A program made the position numbers and the translations under genes. Shown here piece after piece: positions 25,651-38,200 of a stretch of 64,000 bases of DNA. Source of the stretch: Eledone cirrhosa (taxonomy: Eukaryota); NCBI GenBank assembly GCA_964016885.1, contig OZ024741.1, forward strand, positions 140,554,001-140,618,000, read 5' to 3'. The notes under the pieces were generated by a model. The model saw only the letters and a list, made by a program, of their open reading frames with translations, was not told the origin of the DNA and did no database searches. The number at the start of each line of letters is the position of its first letter. The first letter of the stretch is position 1.

Positions 25651-27428
25651 CGTAACATATTACCATCGATTGCAAATAAATTAATTTCTGACATAATTTA
25701 AATGTCAAGCTCCTATGTTTAAGAATTCATAGATCTGGGATTATATAGATGTATTCAAATCTAAGGTGGGTGAAATGAGAGAATTGTCATTAGAACCATA
25801 TATCTGGGTTCTGAATTCGTAATAAAACCGCGTTAATCTTTGTTTTTAATACCTGTGAGCTCGATAAAAAATATATCAACGTATTACTGGGTATCGACTC
25901 TTCTTCTTCTAATATCTCACTCTTTCAAAAACTATGAGTGTGTTCTGACCCCGAGAGTGATGTGATCTGACAGATTTAAATTCCTTACGACTCTTTTATA
26001 TGTTAATGGTCAACAGCATCTATTTACCTGCTCGTCTCTCTGTTGTCTAGGTGACTGCTTGCTTTTATCAATATATATTTATTCTAAGTTAATCCAGCGT
26101 TACAGGATGGTGTCCGAGTAAGATCTTCAACTCGTTTCCTTCCTGCCGAAAATATTTATGTCTGTATAGATTTGTAAGTTACGGCTTCTTCCGCGAATAC
26201 ATAACACTGAATTTATCGCGATAATGCCTTGATTTGTATAACAGTTGTTTCTCACACAGCTCAACTGTCATACATTTTTACTGTCGAATATTCTGTATCC
26301 CTGCAAAAGATTTAGGTTCATATTTTTTGTGGTATTAAGTATTTAGTAGTTACGATTTAACGATCACTATCGTAACGTCATGAGTTCGATTCCCGGCGGT
26401 ACCTTGTTTCCTATTATAATACACTTAATTTCGTTAGTTTCAGTCCACTTTGCTAGCAAATATGGATTGAAACACTTAGTTTAAAAGAACTGGCCTTGTC
26501 ATATGGTGTCATACTAAATATTCCTAAGAACTACTTCATGGCCGCACTTGTATGTGGAATATTCAACCGCTTTTACGTTAATCGTACGTTTGCACGTTAA
26601 TTCGTATGTTAGCCGCATCAAATGCTACGTTCCACGTGGGACACATACACACACATACACACACACACATGGAGCCAATGAAGTTTTGATTTAACCTGGC
26701 GGGAGCTGATTTTGAAGTCATAATATTTATTGAACTCAGAAGTCAAAAGACGTCGACATATAAAGAAAAAGAAAAGATCGAAATACGTTTTCATATTGAC
26801 CAAAAGGGATGAAATAAATGCAAATAATTTAAGTATAATTTTGTTATATGAAACGAATATAAATTAGAAAATTCCTTGGTTAAAACAAGTTTATAGTCAA
26901 AGATCTGGAGAACAGAAATATTTGGTTTCGAAATTGACAAAAACTATTGATTATAATGTAACTGATATTTGGCACCACAGTGTAGATAATTATGATAATA
27001 TATTAACCCTTCAGATTTCAACTATTATTGGGAGGTATGAATTATAAAGAAAATTATTTGCATTAGGGCAAGTAAATTTTGAAATTTGAAATTTGAAATT
27101 TCCCAATTCTTTATACATCTAGCTTATGTTTGCACATATATTACTCAGCATTCTTAGCAATATAGATATTGTTTATTGGTAGGATCATTACAGTGTTGGA
27201 TAAATGCTTAGTTGTTCTTGATTTTGATGTTCTGAGTTCAAATCCCACTTTAGATTATTTTATCGGCCTCCGATTGATGGATGCAAAATTTTTCTCCATT
27301 GAATCTGAACTCAGAACAGGTAAATCAAGAACAAATAATTAAAAACATGTTCTCAGGTCGATAGAGTCTACCATCCCGTCCTGTAAATTGCAGGTCTTGT
27401 GCCAACATTAGAAATCATTATTGCACAC

Positions 27429-27612
27429 GTGGATTGGCAGTATCGGTAGGGGGTCGGACGCCATGCTTGCCGGCATAGTTACGTCCCTCTACGATCTGAG
27501 TTCAAATCCCGCCGAGGTTGACTTTGCCTTTCATCCTTACGGGGTCGATAAAATAAAGTACCAGTAATGCACTGGGTATTTGCTGGCCTTATGCCTAAAG
27601 TAGAAACAATTA
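27429..27612 (+). mobile_element. SINE copy (same family as 20058)
   Basis: Full head and central domain. Confidence 0.8.
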
Positions 27613-28744
27613 TTGCACAATAAATTGTCGCCACACATCTGCGAAATTATATTCAACTTTGCAGAAATATAATTCAAATTTCCGAATGAATATATATTAA
27701 AGTTGGTGTAGTTTTGTCTGGATATGTCATCTCAGGTATCACATATTTCGAGAATCTTAAATAACATTTAGTTAATTGAGAAACTGATAACAATTATGAC
27801 TTCAAGTTTCTGAAAAGCTACATTTCTGAGTTAATACATCCCTTTTCTGAGTAGATACGTCCCTGATTCATCACTCTATTAACAGGGAAACGTTCAGTAT
27901 CTCGTAGAAAAGACAGCATTCTAATCACAGTAATTAGAGACGTAATCATATATAATACAGAGAAAAAGAGAATTCAAAATTCTCTGCGTTGACAAAATTG
28001 AGATTATATTTCGTAAAGCAACAATACTTGTAATGAATTTCGATTTCCATTAATATATTGAATCAAAGACAAATGCTTAAGCAAAAGAACGTCTGCCGTC
28101 GTCGCAGCCATTATGAAAATCTGAACAATTGAATTCAATTTGCGTAAGCAATGGAATCGCCATTTTCTATCTGAGAAAGTATAAATTTTACTAAGTGAAG
28201 AGGAAAAATTGAATCATAATAAAGATGTCTGAAGTGGAGACAAAATTGTTTGTAGCCCCCAGATTATAGAAAACATAACCACAATTAATCGTAGGCGTAA
28301 TTAATCTAGAAATATATCATAAGCCACTAATATTTCTGAGAAAGAAATTAATGTAAAACAATCTGTTTCTATCACCCCAATATAAACCAATCATTCTATT
28401 ATAACTTCAGAATAATATCTCGTCATAGTAACATGATATCGTATACTGCTATATCATCTACTAACCCCAGTGTAACATCTAATCGCGCCTATTATAGTAT
28501 CATGTAATACTAGTATATCATCTAGTCACTCCTGCATAACAGCTCGTAATACATGTATGTTAGTTTATCACTCCATTGCAACATCTCGTAATACCAGTAT
28601 ATTATTATATCACCCCAGTATAATATCTAAGCATTTCAGTAGAACAAATCTTCACACAAGGAAAACATCTAGTAGTTCAAGTCGCACTATAATATATATT
28701 CCCACTGTAACATATATCCATACCGGTATAAAATACATTTGTTC

Positions 28745-29748
28745 CAGTATATATTTAGTATATATATATAGAGACACCACTATCTATAGAAAGATACCAG
28801 TATACATTTAATTACTCCAGTATATATTTAGTCACAGCAGTACATATTTAGTCACAACAGTATATATATAGAGACACCAGTATATATTCAGTTACTCCAG
28901 TATATATTTCGACACTCCACTATATATTTAGTCACTCTAGTATATATTTAGAAACACCAGTATATATATCAGTCACTCCAATATATAGTTAGTAACTCCA
29001 CTATATATTTAGTCACTCCAGTAAATATTTAGTTACTCCAATATATAGTTAGTCACTCCAGTATATATTTAGACACTACAGTATATATTTAGTCACTCCA
29101 ATACATATTTATACGCTCCAGTATATATATAGTCACTCTAGTATATATTTAGGTACACCTATACATATTTAGTCACTCCACAATATGTTTAGTGATTCTA
29201 GTATATATTTAGTCACTCCACTATATAGTTAGTCACTCCAGTATATATTTAGTCACTCCAGTATATATATATATAGAAACGCCTGTATATATTTAGTCAC
29301 TCCAGTATGTATTTAGGTACACCAATACATATTTAGTCACTCCAGCATATAGTTAGTCACTCCACTATATATTTAGTGATTCTAGTATGTACATAGTCAC
29401 TCCACTATATAGTTAGTCGCTCCAATATATATTTAGAGACACCAATATATATTTAGTCACTCCAGTAAACATTTAGTCACTCCACTATATATTTAGTCAC
29501 TCCAGTATATATATTTAGAGACACTAATATATATTTAGTCACCCCAGTATATATTTAGACACCTGTATATATTTAGTCACTCCAGTATATATATAGTCAC
29601 TCCAGTATATATTTAGTCACTCCTGTATATATATAGACACTACAGTATATATTTAGACACTACAGTATATATTTAGTTACTCCAGTATATATTTTGTTAC
29701 TCCAGTATATATTTAGACACTCCAGTATATATATATCTAGTCACTGCA
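28745..29748. repeat. ~21-bp minisatellite, consensus agtcactccagtatatattt
   Basis: About 45 degenerate tandem units; more decayed units upstream from ~28370. Confidence 0.9.
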
Positions 29749-29758
29749 GTGTGACTCT

Positions 29759-29789
<31 letters not shown>

Positions 29790-29792
<3 letters not shown>

Positions 29793-30350
29793 AAAAATAG
29801 AGGTGTAACACACGAGTTGTGATATATTGGTAAAAGGAAAAGAAAATGCTGACAAATTGTTCTCAGTGAAAAATAGTTTAATTAGGAATAAGTAAAAATT
29901 AGTAATAAGTATTGGTTAGTATTCAGTTTTGGTATTAAGTTTTTACCGGTTGCGCATTTCTAATGCTTTTCAAAAATAATCTTCAGATAGAGCGCCCGTG
30001 ATGTTTGCTCTAATCTGATCAGTTTTGGAAATTCTACCTGTTTTATGTGAAAAAAGTGGCTCCAGAGGTATTAAAATAAGTTTAGCGCCAATTCGTGTTG
30101 CAAAAATTCTTGTGGTCAAAACAATTTTGAGTGGTCGGTAGAGGTCACGTGAAAAATAAAAATTGATTTTGCGCCAAATGTAGGATTGTCGAAGAGTGTC
30201 TTTTTTCGCCTGAAAAATAAGTCTTTTAAGACAAATATATATGTGTGTGTGTAGTAAAGAGGTTCATTGTTGTGATAATGGTCAGTAGGGATGTGTGTGT
30301 GAATTGCAGTCATGTTGATAGGTCAACAGTTCAGGTGCCTATTAAGACAA

Positions 30351-30396
<46 letters not shown>

Positions 30397-30775
30397 CAGA
30401 GTAATTAGTGGTAGAGGGATCGGTCAGTAGGAATGTGTCTGCACTTGTGTGGGGGATATTTTTACATGTTAAAAAATATTTTTCAGCTTTCGTCTTATAC
30501 GGAGAAGTGTGTGTGTGTGTATATATGTCTCTTTGTATGTTAGTGTGTGTGTGTATATATGTGTTTGTGTGTGTATATATGTGTGTGGGGGGGGGGGGGG
30601 GGCATTATTCGATATTTTCAGCAAAAACGATTCTCTCAAGAGAACATCAAAAAATTAATAATAAAAGGTGTGAAATGATATATAGTATTGTCATAACACC
30701 AAGGTGTGTGTGAGTGTCCAGATTATATGTACTGCAAGGGGAATCCATGAGGCCCTGTCGTATTGGAATACTTAT
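29790..30775 (-). mobile_element. Probable PLE pLTR fragment with decayed HHR
   Basis: Minus strand CTGAAGA..GAAA-tgcgca at ~29945-29992; between (TA)n tracts. Confidence 0.4.
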
Positions 30776-30844
30776 GTATATATATACTTGTCTATATATA
30801 TATATACTTGTGTATATATATACTTGTCTATATATATATATATA

Positions 30845-30882
<38 letters not shown>

Positions 30883-30897
30883 TCCAATATATATATA

Positions 30898-30936
<39 letters not shown>

Positions 30937-31156
30937 GGATTAACAAATAATAGTTAAATGCAGTCCACTTAGGTGAAGTCCAGTTATGGTATTCCAGGTA
31001 GTGGATGATATTAACGCTTGGCTTGGTTTGACTCAACAAGGCGTTTTCATAGTGATGCCGCGGGTATGCTGTAATTCCTATGTTGTAAACACTTGGAGTA
31101 ATAATAAATCAGGAAAGAAGGTTTACATGGTTTGCTATACAAAAAAGTTTTTAATC

Positions 31157-31270
31157 ACATAGCTTACATTTGTTTCACTGAACTGGTATGTCTAGAGATC
31201 GCTACCCGCCTAATTTTGCGTCACTCGATCGCCAATACAGAATTATAACCAGTCAGATCTTCGGAGCATG
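31157..31270 (-). ncRNA. Hammerhead U4C variant with stem II insert (inverted copy)
   Basis: Reverse complement of 32911-33023. Confidence 0.6.
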
Positions 31271-31622
31271 CGAGAATGAAGAAAATACACAGGCAAGCAA
31301 AGAAAAGAAAATATGGAGTAGTTATGGCATTCAATTAGAACAATAACAACAATTACAACAATGCTATCAATAAACTATTTAAGGAGACCCTGACATTACT
31401 TAGGTGGGGGGGTATATAATGTATCTAATGTTACGGCGTGAAAACCAGCTGTCATAAGGCAAAAAGTATCGTAGTATGTATCAATTTTAAATTATAAAGA
31501 TAAGCTAGTTTTTACAGTCTTTCTCTTCATCTTCAACAGTATACATGAGTGGGACCACTGTCAAAGCTCAATAGTAGTAGAGTTAATACAGAGGTTAACG
31601 AATTAATATACGCATATATCTA

Positions 31623-31669
<47 letters not shown>

Positions 31670-31713
31670 ACACATATATATATATAAATATATATACACA
31701 TATATGTGTACAG

Positions 31714-32098
31714 ATGTCTCGATTCGAGCCTGGTGTACATGTGCACTGTCACCTCGGGTAACTCCACCTGGAATTACATAGGATCCACCGCGGGTTCTTT
31801 TAAGAAAAGATGGTATGTGCACAGGCACTCTATGAAAAACCGTGCACTTATGGGTTCCACCACCCTCGCCAGAAAAATATGGGAATTGAAGGACAGCAAC
31901 GCTAGCTACACTATCAACTGGTCGAAGTTGTCGGCTGCTAAAACCTATAGTACAGGGATGTCCTATTGCGGGCTGTGTGATCTTGAGCTATTGTATATCC
32001 TTAGAAATGTTAAAAGGCTACTTAATAATAAGTTAGAAAGATCTATCTTCTGCAGACATAGAATAGCCACTAAATTCATAAGATTCAAACCTCCGTGA
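31714..32098 (+). CDS. Naiad GIY-YIG endonuclease C-terminal part (5'-truncated, open)
   Basis: LVYMCTV..YIGST..FKKRW..H; IWELK; CGLCDLE; LNNK.E..FCRH. Confidence 0.88.
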
Positions 32099-32438
32099 AT
32101 CGAACCAACATAACATAGCTTTAAATTAGGATACCTACTACCCACAGAAATATATTCATTAAGTATATTATTTCCTTCACAAGTCTATACCACACAATTG
32201 TCTGTAAGTACCTCATCTACCAACAATCTTACTCCTTCTCAGCTGCTGCAATCATTTGATCCTAGATCCTAGTTTTTCTCATTTCACTACTACAATGTTA
32301 CTTTACCCTCTTTTTGCCATAATTACAATTAGCACGCTTTTCTCTTTGCATGTATGTATATTTTTGTACGAGTGTATATTGATGTGTATGTATGTTTCTA
32401 TGTACACATATATGTGTATATATATTTATATATATATA

Positions 32439-32516
<78 letters not shown>

Positions 32517-32910
32517 TGTATGTGTGTGTGTGTGTGTATGTGTGTGTGCGTAGATATATGCGTATATTAATTCGTTAACCTCTGTATTAACTCTACTACT
32601 ATTGAGCTTTGACAGTGGTCCCACTCATGTATACTGTTGAAGATGAAGAGAAAGACTGTAAAAACGAGCTTATCTTTATAATTTAAAATGGATACATACT
32701 ACGATACTTTTTGCCGTATGACAGCTGGTTTTCACGCCGTAACATTAGATACATTATATACCCCCCCCCCCCCCCACCTAAGTAATGTCAGGGTCTCCTT
32801 AAATAGTTTATTGATAGCATTGTTGTAATTGTTGTTATTGTTCTAGTTGAATGCCATAACTACTCCATATTTTCTTTTCTTGGCTTGCCTGTGTATTTTC
32901 TTCATTCTCG

Positions 32911-33023
32911 CATGCTCCGAAGATCTGACTGGTTATAATTCTGTATTGGCGATCGAGTGACGCAAAATTAGGCGGATAGCGATCTCTAGACATACCAGTT
33001 CAGAGAAACAAATGTAAGCTATG
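32911..33023 (+). ncRNA. Hammerhead U4C variant with ~60-nt insert in stem II
   Basis: gct-CCGAAGA-tctgactggt..accagttcaga-GAAA-caaatg-TA-agc. Confidence 0.65.
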
Positions 33024-33097
33024 TGATTAAAAACTTTTTTGTATAGCAAACCATGTAAACCTTCTTTCCTGATTTATATATATATATATATATATAT

Positions 33098-33805
33098 AAT
33101 ATGTTGAGAAGGTAACACACCAGAGAGAGATATATAGTGCGTTATTAATAATACAGGGAAAAAACCACCAGTGTATGGAATCTGTAACCTATGAAAGGCA
33201 GACCATAGACACGATAATTAAAAATATAAATTAAAGCGTAAATAAATACCTCTATCACTATATAACACACCTACAAATCCAAAGATATGTTTCACCAAAA
33301 GATTTGTTGAAAGAAATGGTCTAGTCTCGGTTCATCAGCGTGTGTAAGGCCATACATTTCAGACAACACTAAGAGAATTTTACAATTGACTGTCCAGCTA
33401 CACGTGGGAGAGAGAAGTCACAGCGCATTTAGGGGCAGTGAACCAGTGGCCTCTGAGAGATGGACTGCTGGAAAGGGCAGCCCAAAGCCACTCAGAGAAG
33501 TGTGCTCAACCAAACAGAGATAGGAAAAACTGTTATTAGGAGCGAAATATCACGATAAATTAACGGAGGTATAGACCGTCGTTATTCCCTGTAAATAATG
33601 TGCTCAAAGGAGAAGAGATCCTGAGCCCTTTAAAATATAATATGTTGAGAAGGTAACACACCAGAGAGCGATATATAGTGCGTTATCAATAATACAGGGA
33701 AAAAACCACCAGTGTATGGAATCTATAACCTATGAAAGGCAGACTATAGACACATTATTTACAGGGAATAACGACGGCCTATGCCTCCGTTAATTTATCG
33801 TGATA
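33098..33805 (-). mobile_element. Non-coding ~540-bp unit with terminal direct repeat, short inversion and decayed HHR
   Basis: 33098-33213 repeated at ~33637-33753; 33755-33805 inverts ~33547-33598; minus CTGATGA..GAAA at ~33290-33338. Confidence 0.55.
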
Positions 33806-33815
33806 TATATATATA

Positions 33816-33880
<65 letters not shown>

Positions 33881-34744
33881 TCCAATATATATATTTAGCG
33901 ACATCAGAAGACATTCTAACAAGGCATTGTAAATCTTAGTCACTCTTCTTTAAATTAATCAGTCGAGTATAAACTTAGTTACACTGGTATAGCATTCCTA
34001 CAACCCAGAATAAGATAACAAATTAATAACATAAAATCTGAAGGACCTCTAAAGAAGATATGACTAATCCAGGGAAAATATTATTTTTTATAACAATAGT
34101 GGACCTCACTCTGTCGGCAGGTATAGGGAAGAGAATAGAACCATAACTCCTAAGAGAGGACTTTAGTTGATTAGCCATGTAACAGTATTGTGTCTCAGAC
34201 ATTCAATAATATTTTAATTTCAATAATACATTTATGTCATATGTTTCTGGTTTCTTTGTTTATACGTGTAGACGTTATACTTGCAATTTATGAAAACAGA
34301 TGAAATCTCAGAAAACATATTTAGCTGAAATCTGTCATACGAACATCCATAAATGCTGTGGTTGGAGATAAAACGGTATATTTTACGAACGTCTGTTGTT
34401 GGTTCTTGCTAACTATATATGATTTTAATGTTATACACTGCTGACTACATATTGACTGCATTGGTTATTGAATGTAGAGTTTATTTAATGTACAAATCCT
34501 AAGACAGTTGACAGTTCTAATTTTTTTTAGCCCAGTAAACCTTCTTTTATAACACGTTCTCAAAAAATGAATCATACCATTGCTAATGTATAGCATAGAA
34601 ATTAATGATTTAGTATTTTGCCTTCGAATGGACGCTAGTTGTGTAATATGAGGGTTGTGAAAAATAACAATTGCAATTACTGATTTACTGTGCATTCTAA
34701 CTAAATTATAAAGCATTTATTCTTTATTCATTATTTATACAGCT

Positions 34745-35133
34745 TTCGGTAGAGAGTCGGACATCATGCTTTGCAGCATAGAGTTACGGCCCTTTAAGGT
34801 CTGAGTTCAAACCCCGCCGAGGTTAACTTTGCCTTTCATCCTTACGGAGTCGATAAAATAAAGCACCAATAACGTACTGGGGTCGATTTAATCGACTTTC
34901 CCCTTCCCCCCAAATTACTGGCCTTGAGCCTATCCTAGAAATCATTATGATATAAGGGCAGTGGATTGGCAGTATCGGTAGAGGGTCGGACGCAATGAGT
35001 TACGGCCCTTTATGGTCTGAGTTCAAATCCGTCGATGTTACCTTTGCCTTCCATCCTTTACGGGGTCGATAAAATAAAGTACCAGTAATACACTGAATTA
35101 ATTGCTGGCCTTGTGCGAAAGTAGAAAGAATTA
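34745..35133 (+). mobile_element. Two tandem SINE copies
   Basis: Box B plus central domain at ~34800-34870 and ~35018-35085. Confidence 0.8.
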
Positions 35134-35174
35134 TTATTCACTCACGAATTCATATATACATATAAATACACACA

Positions 35175-35251
<77 letters not shown>

Positions 35252-38200
35252 GAAACAATTATTTATACAGTCTTTAAACATACAAGCTTCAAAAAGTCAA
35301 TTGCTCTCTCTCAAATAATTTAAATGAGATTTGATGCTCTGTCGGGAAAACCTGTAAAATCTCTTCATTTTCTCGCTATCGATGGCGTACAAGCTTAATA
35401 TGAATCCTGGTGTAAAGTAACACCATATTTGGCAAGGAGTATTACTGATTATGTTAAAGGAGAATAGAACACCAAACTTGATGCAATGTGTAATAGGAAG
35501 TTCGACTAAATCTGCCTCTTCACACTGAACATCATCCGGATCGCTATCACCAGCTTAAGCATGAACTAAATCAAACTGTCTTGACTGAGATAACAACAAA
35601 ATTCATGGCCGCTGGTTAATGCTTTTCGCAAAACTACAAGTTTTAGATTCCAAAATGCTTGATTTAAATTTCTTGAGAAGCACTTCTGTTTGAATCAATA
35701 TAATCGTGTTTTGTGGTGAGAGCAATACAGGTTCAATTGAAGAAGCAGGATTGCTTCAATTGGAATGAATTTAAAATCTGAAACTTCTTTGAAGAAATTA
35801 GCCTTCTGGCCTGAGCCTAGATTAAAAACTGCATTTCATTACAAATCATGTTTCCACATCGACACCATTGCTCCGTTGGCAGCAGCTAGATACTTTTAGC
35901 ATTATTTCTCTTAGCGTGCACACGATTGGAGTCGAGACTAAAACAAAGAATAAACTACGAAATGCGAGAGATGAATGAGAAACATTGAGAAATGGAGGTA
36001 GAGGGAGGGGTTAGGGGGAGAGATCCTGAGAGAAAAGGAGAAAGAGGAGTATAAGGAAGAAGGGAGAGTGTAGTGGAGGAAGGAGAAATTAGCACGTGGT
36101 GAGACGTGGTAGGGGGAAGGAGAGGAAATGGATGAAGAATAGAAAGAGGAAGGAGGAGTGGGGATAAGGAGAGAGGAACATGATGCAGGTGGTGAGAAGA
36201 GTGAGAGGGTCATGTTGAAGAGGGGTGGGTGAGGGAAATTGGGAACATGATGCAGTTGGGGGGAAAAACAAAGAAGAAGGAGAAGATGATGAAGAGGTGG
36301 AGGGGGAGGATTTGTTGGTTCAAAGGGAAGAATACTGCTATATTTTTAGTTTGATTTCAATATTTGATATTTTAATGAAGGCATATAATTATAACAGCTG
36401 CTGCTATTTATTATACTTCAGAGTCTAATGTATTAATGATTCTTAGAAATCAAAGAGAATAATTAATTTTTAAAATCTAACAAAAATTTGAAGAAAGTCT
36501 CTCTATAAAACATCACTGTTATTTAAATAAATCATTATAACAATTAAAATAACAAGATCGCTTTTAGATCCAGGAACTCCAGGGGAAATAACTGATTCTA
36601 CTACAGCCTGTATAATTAATCATCTTTGTTGTTTTTTATTTCAGTTTTATTTTCTGTTTTAAAAGATTTATAAAAATGGAGGTGTTTTGAAGTCTTTACA
36701 TTTTCCTACAGCTTTGTCTTAATCCAATATATTAATTCTAGTTTGTTCTTCAGTTGCCACTTTAAAGTATCAAGCTCCAAGTGTGATTTTTTCTGTTAAA
36801 GATAGGTTTACTGTTTGATACGTGAATAGCATTAACTAACGCAAAGAAACTGTACAATTGCAAGAGATTTTTGGTTAGTGTGTTTTTTAAATGAATATTT
36901 TTTATTGAAATTGAATTATAGATGGCGTACTTGCATAAAGTTTGTTGGTTTTTAATTAGTGCTATGGAGCTTAAATTATTCTGGAACGGTGAATTTCGCA
37001 ACGAATTTTAATTAGGTAAAAATGCTTTGGATGTGGATCACGTTAGTAGTATGGAATGAGCCGTCCGTCAGTTTCGACGATGAGTGTTCCAGTTGTTTGA
37101 TGATCAACAGAATAGCCGATTCAGGGAATTAACAAGTACAGAGATGATTATCCACATACAGATATATCGGCAACGTAATTCTCAGGGACATTCAGTTTTA
37201 AGTAAATTGTGTCAAGTCTAGCCCTTTGACCTGTAGGTAATATCGTTTCGCAAACACCCAAATGGTTTCACTCAAAATGCATGTAAATTCATGGTAAATG
37301 AAACATGTCCAACATGAAACGACACGGGATCGAGCCAGGGACCTACATATTTCAAAGCGCAAAGGGTAAAAATTTGGTCATATTGCTTCCGTTAGTAGGG
37401 TAGAATGTAAAGTATTGTTGAACCACCAACAACTGACTATCAATTCTCTCTTTTGCAACTATGAATCAGGTATTGTCAACCTTTATCAGAAAAATGCACA
37501 ATTTTACTTATCCATAGTAAATTCCTGAATGCATCTTGATTTCAAATTTAAGAAGGAAAGAGCCAACTGCTATGGAGGTAATAGAATTTCTTACCTACCA
37601 ACAAACCCAACACAAATATTACTTTGATCTTTGACTGAATTAGCAACCATTATATGTTTTGTTTATAAATTATTGATTGCGAGCTTTTATCCTGCTAAAA
37701 ATAATAACAAATCTTCTTCATATCCCACTTTGCAGTCATTAATAAAGGAACCTAAAAAGAGGTTGTTCACAGCTAGTGTGACTATGATTGGTACTTGATA
37801 AGACTTGACCTTGGACCAAGCAGTATCAATATCACATTATAAAACACACTTGACGTACTAAACTACTTTTTGTTATTCTAACGAATGGAAAACTTTAGTT
37901 TCTTTACAATTCGCCTCAAACATATTGTCTAAAAAGTAATTACTAGATCTACAGACGTTCGATAGCGCTTAAATAGTTTTAGACCAAGCAATGATCTATC
38001 TTGATCAAACAATTCAACGTCTTATTATTCTCTCCAATACCATTTGAGGATGTCAACACACAAATCAAATAAAATACGAGTAATTTGTCTCATCAGCGAT
38101 TTAATGTAGCTAAAAGAGACGATTCTATTTCTGTCGATTTAGATACACTGGAATGTCTGATGCATTTGCATATGGGAGGAAATTATTTCGCATTCAGACA

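Larger units (their letters stand above)
30935..33078 (+). mobile_element. 5'-truncated Naiad-type PLE with inverted pLTRs
   Basis: Arms ~31103-31712 and ~32401-33077 around the EN remnant. Confidence 0.85.

Noticed and set aside
28745-29748. CRISPR-like regular repeat
   Set aside because: No unique spacers, eukaryotic context and no cas genes; it is a minisatellite
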